Translations under genes and position numbers: made by a program
Notes under the pieces: model-generated
Told to the model about the DNA's origin: nothing
The model's database searches: none
What the model saw: only the letters and a program-made list of their open reading frames with translations
Part shown: positions 31,990 to 41,687 of the stretch, piece by piece
Layout: each line of letters opens with the position of its first letter
Numbering within the stretch: position 1 is the stretch's first letter
DNA from: Pyrinomonadaceae bacterium
GTDB lineage: Bacteria; Acidobacteriota; Blastocatellia; Pyrinomonadales; Pyrinomonadaceae
Direction of reading: 5' to 3'
Length of the DNA stretch: 44,053 bases
Assembly (NCBI GenBank): GCA_049283975.1
Contig: JBAPXA010000280.1
Span: 1-44,053, forward strand

Positions 31990-34203
31990 CTAGCGCTTCA
32001 CGCCACTGCTGAGCGTGCCCACGTTGCCGCTGATATCGAAGACTCGCAGCGAAATCGTGTGTTCGCCCGTACTCAAAGATCCAAACTCAACTGCATACCT
32101 TTCGCGTCCGCTATCGGCGATACCGTCTTCCGGAAATACCGGAACCCAGGGTCCACCATCAATACTCGCGTCCGCCCGCTTGATCTTTCCCGTCGCATCC
32201 TCAACCTCGAACACCACAACGCCTCCGCCATCGCCTCGTATCCGCGCCGGAGTGGCTCTCACTATGGGCGGAGTGTTGTCGATGTCTACCGGCTCACTCA
32301 AGCGCTCGCCAGACAACGCTTGTCCCGACGGATTGTCAGCGGCATCGGTGACCGTGATCTTAATGATGTAGCGGCCATCCGCGAGCGTCGCGCCATCAAT
32401 CGTGAAGAAGTTTTCCCGCAGCTTGTCCTTTAGTAAACGAAAAGTGGTCTCATTAAGCGCGCGATAATAGATCGCGTAGTCCAGGGTGTCGCCATTTCTA
32501 TCTTCCGCTTGCCATTGGAACGAACGAGCGCCGCGCTGAAACAGACGTCGCGGTGGAACCTGGGCCACGGCGCCAAATAATGATGGGTCTAAACCCGACG
32601 CTTCGACGTTTGGATCCACGGGCATCTGCACCACTGATTGCAGACCAATGCCAACCGGCAAGGAGGTTATTGAAAGAACTTCCGGCGCCACGTTTCGCGG
32701 CAAATAAGCAACGCTCACATCTTCCATCCAGGTTTGTGAAGCATTTGAAGCTGCTCGCAGCGTAGCGCGCCACTGAATGAAGCGCGCGCGCGGACTGGTT
32801 ATCTGGTTGCCATCAGGATTCTTGTAAGCTGCACTCCACTCACTCCAAGTCGAGTCTGGTCGCTCGCCATTACCGGTTCGCGTTTGCAGTTCAATATTGC
32901 CGGCGCTGCGCCAGAAGATTCGCCCCCAGGTTGCTGTTAACTTTGCGTCCCGCACGGGCGACTCGTATGAACCATCCGCGACCGATCCTGCTGCGAAGCG
33001 CAACAGCTTTCCCTGATTGCTAGAGGCCGCGTAGACCTGCCCGCTGCGAACCAGGAAAGATGAAATTTGTCCTTCTGTTGTTTGCAGGAGCAGGGTGTCG
33101 CGCCCGTCGTTTGTAACCGAATAGATTCTTCCTTTGTCGGCAGTGCCAATCAGGACCGTGCCGGATTGCAGACCGGGCGCAATGGCAAAGGCGGTTACCG
33201 TTGGTGAACTCCACACTACATCTGAAGCACCGTCCGGCAAGATGCGAAACACTGCACTCCGCGCGTTGGTAAGATCAGAGCGACTGCGTGAAGCTGGAGC
33301 CACACTTTGGATTGGATTACCGGCCTCATCGACAGCCGTGATCGTGACGCTCGTGCTGGGAGTTGTCGGTGTATCTCCTGTAGGTGCGGGGGCGGGTTGC
33401 GGTCGCGCCGCCGAGGCGGCATCACTGAGCGCGAGCGCGTAAATGGATCCGTCCGCAGCCGGAGCGAGCGCATGAATCTCGCGCAGGTTAGCGTCAAACA
33501 AAGCGAATGCCTTGCCCTCGGAAGAGATGCGGAGGACGAGGCCACCGGGATCGGTTCCCGCGATCAAGTCTCCCTGCGCGGTGACTGCAAGTGACATTAC
33601 GTGAGTTTGATTAGTGCTCACGAGGAGCGACGATTCAGGTTTGGCGTTCGCAGTCGAAACTCGATAGAGCTTACCGTTGTCACCCGTCCCTACGGCGAGC
33701 GCGCCATCGTTAAGAATAGCCAGCGACCAGATGTACTTATCCGGAGGATCGAAATAAACCTCAGCGCGTCCATCGGCAGAAATACGGTAGACCTTGCCAT
33801 CCGGCGAAGTGCCCGCATACAACGCCCCGTCGCGTGAGACCGCTATCGCAGTTATGTCCAACTCAGCGGCGTCGTACAACAACGAGCCGCGTCCGTCAGC
33901 AGTCACACGATAGATCCGGCCATCGTGACCGGTTCCCAGATACACGTTCCCCTGGTTATCGATTGCGCTGGACCAGATGTAGGCCTGTTCAGTATTGAAG
34001 ACCTCAGTCAGATTCGGTGCCAGCATCACCACGCCGGTGTCTGTGATAGAAACGCCGCGCGCATCGCCCTTTAATAGTTCCGCCCTGCCGTTGATTTCCC
34101 AAATGACCGGCTGCCCAGCGCTAACTTCAGGAGCTAAAGCCAGTGTGATCGCAAAACAGAGAGCGAAATGGAGCATGCAATTGAGTTGTTTAAGTTGGAG
34201 CAT
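31990..34203 (-). CDS. Secreted beta-propeller repeat protein with a C-terminal Ig-like/beta-sandwich region
   Basis: Signal peptide (MLHFALCFAITLALAPEVSA; alternative start ATG 34176). Repeated blades (GTGHDGRIYRVTADG, GTSPDGKVYRISADG, GTGDNGKLYRVS, GTDPGGLVLRIS, GTADKGRIYSVTNDG). Confidence 0.85.
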   Translation of the reverse strand: MLQLKQLNCMLHFALCFAITLALAPEVSAGQPVIWEINGRAELLKGDARGVSITDTGVVMLAPNLTEVFNTEQAYIWSSAIDNQGNVYLGTGHDGRIYRVTADGRGSLLYDAAELDITAIAVSRDGALYAGTSPDGKVYRISADGRAEVYFDPPDKYIWSLAILNDGALAVGTGDNGKLYRVSTANAKPESSLLVSTNQTHVMSLAVTAQGDLIAGTDPGGLVLRISSEGKAFALFDANLREIHALAPAADGSIYALALSDAASAARPQPAPAPTGDTPTTPSTSVTITAVDEAGNPIQSVAPASRSRSDLTNARSAVFRILPDGASDVVWSSPTVTAFAIAPGLQSGTVLIGTADKGRIYSVTNDGRDTLLLQTTEGQISSFLVRSGQVYAASSNQGKLLRFAAGSVADGSYESPVRDAKLTATWGRIFWRSAGNIELQTRTGNGERPDSTWSEWSAAYKNPDGNQITSPRARFIQWRATLRAASNASQTWMEDVSVAYLPRNVAPEVLSITSLPVGIGLQSVVQMPVDPNVEASGLDPSLFGAVAQVPPRRLFQRGARSFQWQAEDRNGDTLDYAIYYRALNETTFRLLKDKLRENFFTIDGATLADGRYIIKITVTDAADNPSGQALSGERLSEPVDIDNTPPIVRATPARIRGDGGGVVVFEVEDATGKIKRADASIDGGPWVPVFPEDGIADSGRERYAVEFGSLSTGEHTISLRVFDISGNVGTLSSGVKR

Positions 34204-34212
34204 GTGCGAAAT

Positions 34213-35253
34213 TTAGTTTCCTATGTACTTGGCGTAGAGGGAGCGAGCTGTCTTCATTTCATCAGTACCGCGAATGATCGAGCGAGCGTCCTGAAAGACA
34301 GTGAGTTCGAATTCACCCGTGCGAAAGCGTAAGAGATAATCGTTAAACTTGACGTCGCCTGCTCCCTTTAATCGTTCCGCAAGCGCTTTGAAATCAACCT
34401 GCGTCGGCTGTGATGGGGAAATTTGCACGGCATTGCGGCCACACATTACCGCAGCAAAATCGCCGGCAGCGGCTTCCAGAGTGGAAAACTTTTTGAGAGC
34501 ACAGGTGGGGCAATCCGGTGCGGGTGGTCCTGGCTTAATTTTCCGCCATTCGTTGCGCCACACATCAAATTGCATCAGTGAACCGTGCAGTGCCGCCACA
34601 TCGCCAGTCAATAACTTCAAGGCCTCACTCACCTGGACCGCGGCGACCACACTGATGATGGGCATGATTACTCCCGCCGTGTCGCAGGTGGGCGCACTGG
34701 CCGCGGGAGGGGCTTCTTCAAACACGCACCGGAGACATGGTGTTTGCTGCGGCCGGATGGTCATAGTCACGCCGTAGGAGCCGACGGCAGCTCCATAAAT
34801 CCAATTGCGTTCGTGCTTAACGCATGCGTCGTTGATCAAATAGCGCGTCGCAAAGTTGTCAGTTCCGTCGAGAACTACATCGCAGTCTTTGATTAGTCGT
34901 TCGATGTTTGAATGGTTGACGTCGGCGATCTCTGCTTCAACTTGGATCTCTGAGTTCAGGTCGCGAATGTGATTAGCAGCAGCAACTGCCTTCGGAGTAC
35001 GTTCGGCGGCGTCTTGCTCCGTGAACATCGTCTGCCTTTGCAGGTTCGACGCTTCAACGAAGTCTCGATCCACGATACGCAACTTGCCCACGCCGGCGCG
35101 CGCCAGGGATTCGGCGTGAGCGGAACCGAGGGCGCCGCAACCAACGAGCAGCGCCCGGGATGCCCCCAACCGGCGTTGCCCTTCCGGGCCGATCCTATTG
35201 AACAGTATCTGCCGGCTATAGCGCTCCTGAATTTGTGCCACTCGACTTTCCAA
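34213..35253 (-). CDS. ThiF/MoeB/HesA-family E1-like adenylyltransferase with an extra C-terminal domain
   Basis: RYSRQILF...VGCGALGS...DRDFVEASNLQRQ plus two CxxC pairs (CLRC, CPTC). The C-terminal CGRNAVQI...LTVFQDARSIIRGT segment resembles long (Bacillus-type) MoeB, from memory. Start is uncertain (TTG 35253 or GTG 35241). Confidence 0.85.
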   Translation of the reverse strand: MESRVAQIQERYSRQILFNRIGPEGQRRLGASRALLVGCGALGSAHAESLARAGVGKLRIVDRDFVEASNLQRQTMFTEQDAAERTPKAVAAANHIRDLNSEIQVEAEIADVNHSNIERLIKDCDVVLDGTDNFATRYLINDACVKHERNWIYGAAVGSYGVTMTIRPQQTPCLRCVFEEAPPAASAPTCDTAGVIMPIISVVAAVQVSEALKLLTGDVAALHGSLMQFDVWRNEWRKIKPGPPAPDCPTCALKKFSTLEAAAGDFAAVMCGRNAVQISPSQPTQVDFKALAERLKGAGDVKFNDYLLRFRTGEFELTVFQDARSIIRGTDEMKTARSLYAKYIGN

Positions 35254-35256
35254 TCG

Positions 35257-36789
35257 TCACCTCGTGCCTGCTACTAATGCTTGTTGCGCAGCCTGCAACA
35301 TGACCTTCTCTCCCGCTTCAATACCCGTCCACAATTTGAATTGTGCGATTGCTTGCCTGACCAGCATCGGTAAGCCACCGAGAGTCTGACAGCCAGCCGC
35401 GCGAGCTTCGCGCAGAAACAGCGTCTCTTCGGGATTGTAAACCAGATCGCAGGCCAGACGCGCCCCGGTCAATTGCGCAGCCCGAGCGGGTGTCTGGGAC
35501 TCTAGTTCGCCTGCCATTCCCAAGGTGGTCGCATTGATCACCAAATCGAACTCATCAAATCGCGCCTCACTAAAAGAGCGATACTCGACTTCGAGTTCGC
35601 GCGCCAGGGTTTTGGCCTGCAATTCATTTCGCCCAAACACCGTGACATTCGTTGTTGTCTGCTTCAGTCCCCAGATCACCGCTCGCGCAGCACCTCCAGC
35701 GCCCATGACGGCGCACCTGGCATTTGGCAATTCACCGAACGACGCAACGAGGGTTTGAATAAACGCGAGGATGTCGGTGTTATAGCCACGCAGCTGATCT
35801 CCTTCAACGACGATTGTATTGATGGCGCCGAGTTCGGCCGCAGTTGGTTCGATCCAATCAAGCGCGTCAATCACCGTGCTCTTGTAAGGCGCCGTTACGC
35901 TCACTCCGCGGATATTCCAATCCATTTCGCGGGTGCGCGGATGAACCATGCGCCTCAAGAATTCCGTCGCATCGCGCACGGGAAAAGGAAGGTAAACGCC
36001 ATTCAGGTCCGCTGCTTTCAGTGCAGCGTTGTGCATCTGAGGTGAAACCGAATGCAATACCGGCAGTCCCATCAATCCGGTGATCTGGGTCTCCTGATTG
36101 ATCGTGTCAATTCGATAGAGCGATTTCAGCTCAGCAACTGTTGGTTGGCCAGCAGCCGTGGCACTCTTTTGATCAAGGGCTGCGTAAGTCAGGAACGCGC
36201 CCCGGGCTGGCCCCAGGATCCTTGTCGCAATTCCAGCGGGCCCCATCGCGATGGGTATCATCTCGCGCTGCTGCTGCCGAGCGCGTGCCAGCAACTGAAA
36301 CATCGGGATGCAATCAGTAACGTCCTGGGCTTGAACTGCTAGTTTGAGAATGCGAGCAGGGGTCGCCAGCATTCGATCATAAATTGCTTCGAGATCAGCC
36401 GGGACAGGAGAAAAATCATGGTGCGAACAAATCAAATGATGGGACTTCGTTTTCTTTGGCCACTGCCCGACTTCTAACAGATCGAGTTCGAGGTCATAGA
36501 ACAAGTCTGGATCAGACCAGGACGTCCAGAAGCGACTACGAGCAGCAAGATCCAAGTCACTACTTCCACCTTGCTCACTCGGCCGGAACGTGACAATCAC
36601 GGGAATGTTCAAGGCGGCGAGTAAAGGACGGAGCTCAGTGGCGCGCTCAAGCTCTGCGGGAAGCAGGCAATCGAGTCTTAGTTCGACAATGTCTGCGACT
36701 GTGCAAGCTCGCGCCAACGCTTCTTTCGCGGCGGTAATCGTCGAAGCACAAACTGGAACGCAGACTCGTAATTTATTCTCTATGTTCAT
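35257..36789 (-). CDS. aroDE: Bifunctional 3-dehydroquinate dehydratase (type I) / shikimate 5-dehydrogenase
   Basis: N-terminal LRVCVPVCAST...ADIVELRLDCL (AroD type I). C-terminal GLPVLHSVSPQMHNAA, VTAPYK, YNTD, GAGGAARAV (AroE). Confidence 0.88.
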   Translation of the reverse strand: MNIENKLRVCVPVCASTITAAKEALARACTVADIVELRLDCLLPAELERATELRPLLAALNIPVIVTFRPSEQGGSSDLDLAARSRFWTSWSDPDLFYDLELDLLEVGQWPKKTKSHHLICSHHDFSPVPADLEAIYDRMLATPARILKLAVQAQDVTDCIPMFQLLARARQQQREMIPIAMGPAGIATRILGPARGAFLTYAALDQKSATAAGQPTVAELKSLYRIDTINQETQITGLMGLPVLHSVSPQMHNAALKAADLNGVYLPFPVRDATEFLRRMVHPRTREMDWNIRGVSVTAPYKSTVIDALDWIEPTAAELGAINTIVVEGDQLRGYNTDILAFIQTLVASFGELPNARCAVMGAGGAARAVIWGLKQTTTNVTVFGRNELQAKTLARELEVEYRSFSEARFDEFDLVINATTLGMAGELESQTPARAAQLTGARLACDLVYNPEETLFLREARAAGCQTLGGLPMLVRQAIAQFKLWTGIEAGEKVMLQAAQQALVAGTR

Positions 36790-36869
36790 TAAGAGAGATA
36801 GGAGCTACTTCGCAAGGTCCAAACCGACGCTGCGTTGCAAGTCGCATTCGTTGTTCAAGTGAGCAGCGC

Positions 36870-37397
36870 CTATTTCGATGGTTCGTTATTAAGAACCTTG
36901 GTGGGAGCTTCGACACCGAGGTGGCGCGTCGTGCCTTCGGTGACACTTGGAGGCGGCGCCAGGAGCTCACCTGTGCCGCGAGCATTAAAGACGGATGCAG
37001 AAGGCGCAGCTTGGATCGTCGGCTGGGCGGTGACAAACCCCGGAAGCGTTTGGTTTTGATGTTCTCGAAAGCGAATGTACTGCGCTATACCGGTGCCCAT
37101 CATTGAAAACGCCGGGATCAACATCCAAAACCACCAACCCTTGCCCACACTGGAAAAGGAAAGGGCGAGCGTTACCAGCAAGAAGGCAATGCCCATAAAG
37201 GTATTGCGAAATGCGTTATCGAGTGTGGGCGCGCGTTTCAGAGCACGCTTCTCGGCGCGCGTCATTTGTTCCGCAGGTACTGTTGGCTGCAGCATGTGTC
37301 CATTGAGCGCCTGGGGCACAAGACTGATATTGGCGCCACAGACTCTACAAAAGCTGGCGCCGTCTAAATTCTGAGCAGCACATTTGGGGCAGAACAT
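36870..37397 (-). CDS. Zinc-ribbon domain membrane protein
   Basis: ORF is 36870..37529. Preferred start is ATG 37397 with ggagg 7 nt upstream. MFCPKCAAQNLDGASFCRVCG (C-x2-C-x10-C-x2-C), followed by two TM helices. Confidence 0.7.
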   Translation of the reverse strand: MFCPKCAAQNLDGASFCRVCGANISLVPQALNGHMLQPTVPAEQMTRAEKRALKRAPTLDNAFRNTFMGIAFLLVTLALSFSSVGKGWWFWMLIPAFSMMGTGIAQYIRFREHQNQTLPGFVTAQPTIQAAPSASVFNARGTGELLAPPPSVTEGTTRHLGVEAPTKVLNNEPSK

Positions 37398-37417
37398 GAT
37401 TTCGCCTCCGTTCGGGT

Positions 37418-38269
37418 TTAATCGCTTGCTCTTTGGCGCAACGCTTCGTACAGCAAGATTCCCGCTACAACTGACACATTGAGAGATTCCAGGTGTCCGA
37501 GCACCGGAATACGAACCAGCGAGTCGCAACGTTCCTTGACGAGTCGGTGTAGGCCTGAACCTTCACTTCCGAGAAAGATTGCAGTCGGCAATTGCCAGTT
37601 CCACTCTGAGTAGTTTGAGGTTGCTTCCGCTGCGGCGCCCACGACCCAGATGTTACGTTCTTTCAACTGCTCTATCAATCGTACAAGGTTAGTCACGCGC
37701 GCAATGGGAACGTATTCGACCGCTCCCGCAGCTGCCTTCGCGACAGTATCTGTCAGCCCTACCGCGCGGCGTTCCGGGATGAAGACACCGTCCACTGCGG
37801 CGCACTCCGCGGTGCGCAGAATGGCACCGAAGTTTCGCGGATCCTCCACTCCATCCAAACCGAGGACAAGCGGAGGCTGGTTGCTTAGCACTTTTGCTGT
37901 AAGTGCTTCCAGCAATTCGTCGGCGTCGCGATAACGGGCTGCTGCCACTCGGGCTATTACGCCCTGATGGTTCCCACCGCCCTCAATCCGATCCAAATTA
38001 ATTCGCGGCACGCGATGAACGGGAACTCGAGCCTGTTTGGCTAAGCGTAAGAGTTCACCGAGCCGTTCATGTCGCGCACCTTCAGCAATCGTTACGCTTT
38101 CGATGGGCCGGCGACCAGCTCGCAATGCTTCCAGGACCGGATTCAATCCGTAGACTTTGTCGCCTGAGCTGTTGCCCAGACTCATTCGGTCGGACGCCGG
38201 GTCGCTCTGGTGATCTCTCGGATTTGCGCGGAAATGTTTTTGAGTCGGCGGCCGCCGCTGATTTGCCAT
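37418..38269 (-). CDS. rlmB: 23S rRNA (guanosine-2'-O)-methyltransferase, SpoU/TrmH family (RlmB-like)
   Basis: VYGLNPVLEAL substrate-binding N-domain, then GLDGVEDPRNFGAILRTAE and LGSEGSGLHRLVKERCDSLVRIP...ESLNVSVVAGILLYE. The N-terminal 28 aa may be a start-codon overcall. Confidence 0.85.
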   Translation of the reverse strand: MANQRRPPTQKHFRANPRDHQSDPASDRMSLGNSSGDKVYGLNPVLEALRAGRRPIESVTIAEGARHERLGELLRLAKQARVPVHRVPRINLDRIEGGGNHQGVIARVAAARYRDADELLEALTAKVLSNQPPLVLGLDGVEDPRNFGAILRTAECAAVDGVFIPERRAVGLTDTVAKAAAGAVEYVPIARVTNLVRLIEQLKERNIWVVGAAAEATSNYSEWNWQLPTAIFLGSEGSGLHRLVKERCDSLVRIPVLGHLESLNVSVVAGILLYEALRQRASD

Positions 38270-38271
38270 TA

Positions 38272-39324
38272 TTAGATCTCGGTTTCGAGCCTGGGACGCT
38301 TCAGTAGAAAGCAGCGCAGTCGGGAATAGCGAGTGAATTGGTTGACGTTACTGCTTTCCGTAACCGCTTCAATACTGTATTTACCTGGCCGCTCGCGACG
38401 CCAACCTCCTGAACCTGTACGTTGACCGGAAGGCCAGGCAGCATCCAGCGTTTGTCGCCGGGACAAATATGAATCGTCATGTTGTGCTGCGGGCGCCCTC
38501 GTGCGAATTAGATTGAGCAGCGAAGCAAAATTTTCGGCGGCGACAAATCCCCGACTTGGAAGACATGAGAAGTCGAAATTGTTCGCGGTAATCCGAAAAC
38601 ATTCCGGACGCGGTGAGAGGTAAAGATCCATTACCGGTTCGTCTGCAAAGAACTCCCTGGCCTCAGTAATCTCTTTCTCGCCGCGCTTCCCTTTTTGTTC
38701 TGAGGATTCGACTCGTCTGGTAATGAGGCGCCCGCTGACAATGAGAGCTATCTCCGACCAGGGAAACTCGATTCCGGAATCTCCTCCAATCTGTTTCAGC
38801 GTGATCCCGCCGTCGGTAAACCTTACGGCGCGGATCTGAATGATAGAAGCCGAGAGGCCAAGCTCAGCATCAGAAATTACCGTTGAACCGAGGCCAAGCT
38901 CCGTCAACTTCCGTGTTACTAGTTCAGCTTCTTCGCGCGTCTCGGTTCGAGCCAATGGCAGGGGTACGCGAGAGTCGACGATTCGCTTTAGCTCACCAGG
39001 ACTCAATTTTAAGAGTTGAGCCGGCGCCTGTAATTTGTCAGCGTCAATGCTGTTTGTACTTGAAGAAACAAGAATACAGTTATACCCGCAAAGGGCTTCA
39101 TCAACAGGTTTCAGAGTTATCGCTCGCTGTTCGCTGACTCTTTTGCCGGCCGGAAGAGCCGCTGCACAATAAAGACAGTTTGCACGGACGGGCGGATTTG
39201 CTCGCAGACAGACGTCGCAGCGAACCATCTGATCATGAGCAAAACCTTGTGGTTCGCTGGGGGCTGGGGCAGCGTCGTCGCTGAATGGCATGTTTTCGTT
39301 ATCTTTAGGCAATAGCTCCTCCAC
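38272..39324 (-). CDS. Hypothetical protein with an N-terminal zinc ribbon
   Basis: 350-aa ORF with CDVCLRANPPVRANCLYC. Its stop lies 2 nt before the rlmB start. Start is uncertain (GTG 39324 or ATG 39291). Confidence 0.7.
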   Translation of the reverse strand: MEELLPKDNENMPFSDDAAPAPSEPQGFAHDQMVRCDVCLRANPPVRANCLYCAAALPAGKRVSEQRAITLKPVDEALCGYNCILVSSSTNSIDADKLQAPAQLLKLSPGELKRIVDSRVPLPLARTETREEAELVTRKLTELGLGSTVISDAELGLSASIIQIRAVRFTDGGITLKQIGGDSGIEFPWSEIALIVSGRLITRRVESSEQKGKRGEKEITEAREFFADEPVMDLYLSPRPECFRITANNFDFSCLPSRGFVAAENFASLLNLIRTRAPAAQHDDSYLSRRQTLDAAWPSGQRTGSGGWRRERPGKYSIEAVTESSNVNQFTRYSRLRCFLLKRPRLETEI

Positions 39325-39404
39325 TATTGCGAATTATACGCGGGAGCGTAAATTTCCCCCCGAGTCAGATACTGACGCATACTGTTGCCGGGCTCGGAAG
39401 CTAG

Positions 39405-40259
39405 ATGACCAGTAAACAACGCATTATCAGATTTTTCTACATATCACTCGGCATGTTGTTGTGTTCCTGTGCCGCGTTCCAGCCGCCTGACTCTGGCGGA
39501 CCACGAAGCTCTGGCCCACTGTATCCGATTCTCTTCACCGAGCAGGCCCAACGAACTGATGCCGCGAACCTTGCCTTCAGCCGTTTGACTCAAACCCCGA
39601 GCGCCCAGACGTCAGTGCAACTACAGCCGATCACCGCCGCGATTCAAAGTTTGCCGGCAAATCTCAGTGCGCCATTGTACCTGCCTAAGGTAGGTATCAA
39701 TCCTGAGATGAATGAAGAGGAAACGAGAGAATCGCTGCGAAGGTTCATTACAGACTGGCGTGTCTTGATAGGAGCCAACCCTGAACAGCTCTCACTCGTT
39801 GAAAGAAGCGACCGTCCCGACGGTGTGAAGGTTGCCAGATACGTACAACGTCCATTCCGTTATCCCTTACGCGGTGGCTACGGTTCGCTGGAGATTCAGT
39901 TTCTTGCTAATCGTGTCGTACGAAATATGACCAGCACTTGCTTGCCTGACGCCGAACGGCTCCAGACTCTGCTTGCACCAGTCACGCCAAAGCTGACTGC
40001 GGCCGACGCAATCAACTTGGTGCGAAGCTCCGACATTGTTTACACAGATGGAAGTGGACAACAGGTAACCGCTCGCGTCGGCGCGTCCGAGGAAGCTACA
40101 CCTGTTGAGCTAGTAACGTTAGTATTCCCCACGAGCGGCCGTACCGACGCGCTCGAACTTCACATCGCGTGGGAAATCAGTGTGGGTACCGGCCCCCGTC
40201 GTCTGATTTACGTAGATGCCGTGGAAGGAAAAGCCTTGCGAGCAATTCTCGCAATCTAG
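39405..40259 (+). CDS. Hypothetical lipoprotein
   Basis: N-terminus MTSKQRIIRFFYISLGMLLCSCAAF (hydrophobic segment with a lipobox-like LCSC). ggaag lies upstream of ATG 39405. No family recognised. Confidence 0.65.
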   Translation: MTSKQRIIRFFYISLGMLLCSCAAFQPPDSGGPRSSGPLYPILFTEQAQRTDAANLAFSRLTQTPSAQTSVQLQPITAAIQSLPANLSAPLYLPKVGINPEMNEEETRESLRRFITDWRVLIGANPEQLSLVERSDRPDGVKVARYVQRPFRYPLRGGYGSLEIQFLANRVVRNMTSTCLPDAERLQTLLAPVTPKLTAADAINLVRSSDIVYTDGSGQQVTARVGASEEATPVELVTLVFPTSGRTDALELHIAWEISVGTGPRRLIYVDAVEGKALRAILAI

Positions 40260-40351
40260 TCGTCTGCTTAATTATTTACAAGCTTGACCAACAAGCTGCA
40301 AAAACGCATGCTAGACCTGTTAATAAGACACTTATTGGAGCTTCTATTTTC

Positions 40352-41089
40352 ATGCATAACTTCGATCCAACTAATAACATCTCCTGGCAATTGGGGCACC
40401 GCGGACTAGTTGCGGTGTTCATAGACGGTAACAATCTTTTCCACGCTGCACGGTTTCACAACATCGATATCGACTACAACAAGCTGCTGCGTGTGCTGCT
40501 TGGTGACGGTCGTCTACTGCGGGCCTTCTTTTACACCGGGGTAGATATCGGCGCGGAACGGCAGCAGGGATTTCTGCTCTGGATGCGCCGCAACGGCTTT
40601 CGCGTGATCCAAAAAGAGCTGAAGACCTTCTACGACGGAACTCGCAAAGCAAACCTCGACGTGGAGATAGCGGTGGACATGTTGTCCCTCGCCGGACGCT
40701 ATGACACGGCGGTGCTTGTTTCCGGCGACGAGGATTTTGTTTATGCGGTGAACGCCGTTGCCTACAAAGGCTGTCGCGTGGAAGTGGCAGGCTTTCGCTC
40801 GAACACGGCGCCGAAGCTCATAGACGTCGCCGATTATTTCATCGACCTTGGTGAAATCGCGGACAAGGTGCGCAAGGAGGCGAGTCACGGTCACCGTTAC
40901 GATGAGCGCGAGCTGCATGAGCACGTTCCGTCTCACTTCATTCACGAACATATGCAGATCGAGCAAGAGTCCGCTACGGTTGAGTTTCAAAGCGCAATGC
41001 ATGTTGTTCTGGAAACTGAACTCGCGGACGAATCGGAAGACTTTGGCACCACCGCTTCGGAATTCATTCGTGTGACTGACGAACAGTGA
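40352..41089 (+). CDS. NYN-domain (LabA/DUF88-like) putative RNase with an acidic C-terminal tail
   Basis: The track ORF starts at 40169 and overlaps the upstream gene; preferred start is ATG 40352. VAVFIDGNNLFHAA...ANLDVEIAVDML...VLVSGDEDFVYAV matches the NYN/LabA pattern of conserved Asp residues. Confidence 0.85.
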   Translation: MHNFDPTNNISWQLGHRGLVAVFIDGNNLFHAARFHNIDIDYNKLLRVLLGDGRLLRAFFYTGVDIGAERQQGFLLWMRRNGFRVIQKELKTFYDGTRKANLDVEIAVDMLSLAGRYDTAVLVSGDEDFVYAVNAVAYKGCRVEVAGFRSNTAPKLIDVADYFIDLGEIADKVRKEASHGHRYDERELHEHVPSHFIHEHMQIEQESATVEFQSAMHVVLETELADESEDFGTTASEFIRVTDEQ

Positions 41090-41114
41090 AGGCTTCAGCA
41101 AGTTGAGAGAGTCA

Positions 41115-41492
41115 ATGAAGTTATTCACCGTCGCTGAAGCGAATAGTTTACTGCCCGTCGTGCGTCAGATTCTGAAGAGAATTCAGACGGCTCGCAGGAA
41201 ACTCGCTGCCTACCGCAGCGAGGCAAAAGCAGCCGCCGAGCAAGCAGAACAGGGCGGTGGAGGTTTCGGCGATGGCTTGCGCTACGCTGATTTACTAATC
41301 GATCTCACCTCACAAACCAGCGAACTCGAAGGTTTGGGCGTGCAGTTGAAGGATTTCGATCGCGGCCTGGTCGACTTTCCTTCTCTACGCGACGGGCGTG
41401 TTGTGTTGCTCTGCTGGCAGATCGGCGAAGGCGATGAAGTGGAGTGGTGGCACGACGTCGAAGACGGTTTCGCCGGACGCACTCCAATCTAG
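41115..41492 (+). CDS. DUF2203-family protein
   Basis: Preferred start is ATG 41115. MKLFTVAEANSLLP...coiled coil...GVQLKDFDRGLVDFP...GRVVLLCWQIGE..EVEWWHDVEDGFAGR matches my memory of the DUF2203 pattern. Confidence 0.7.
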   Translation: MKLFTVAEANSLLPVVRQILKRIQTARRKLAAYRSEAKAAAEQAEQGGGGFGDGLRYADLLIDLTSQTSELEGLGVQLKDFDRGLVDFPSLRDGRVVLLCWQIGEGDEVEWWHDVEDGFAGRTPI

Positions 41493-41687
41493 AAGTTTTC
41501 CACAGGTTCGTCTCACCCTGTCCTGCTGTTCCCGCCGTCCAGCAACTTCAACTATCTGAATAATTCTAATTGACCAGTTAAAGTAGTTCCTGATAGCATG
41601 CGCCCCGATTGTGCACCGAGCTGGATGCTAAACAGAGTGGCGTCGCGAAATCCGGCTCTCCAGATTCCCCTTCGGAGGCACTTTGGT

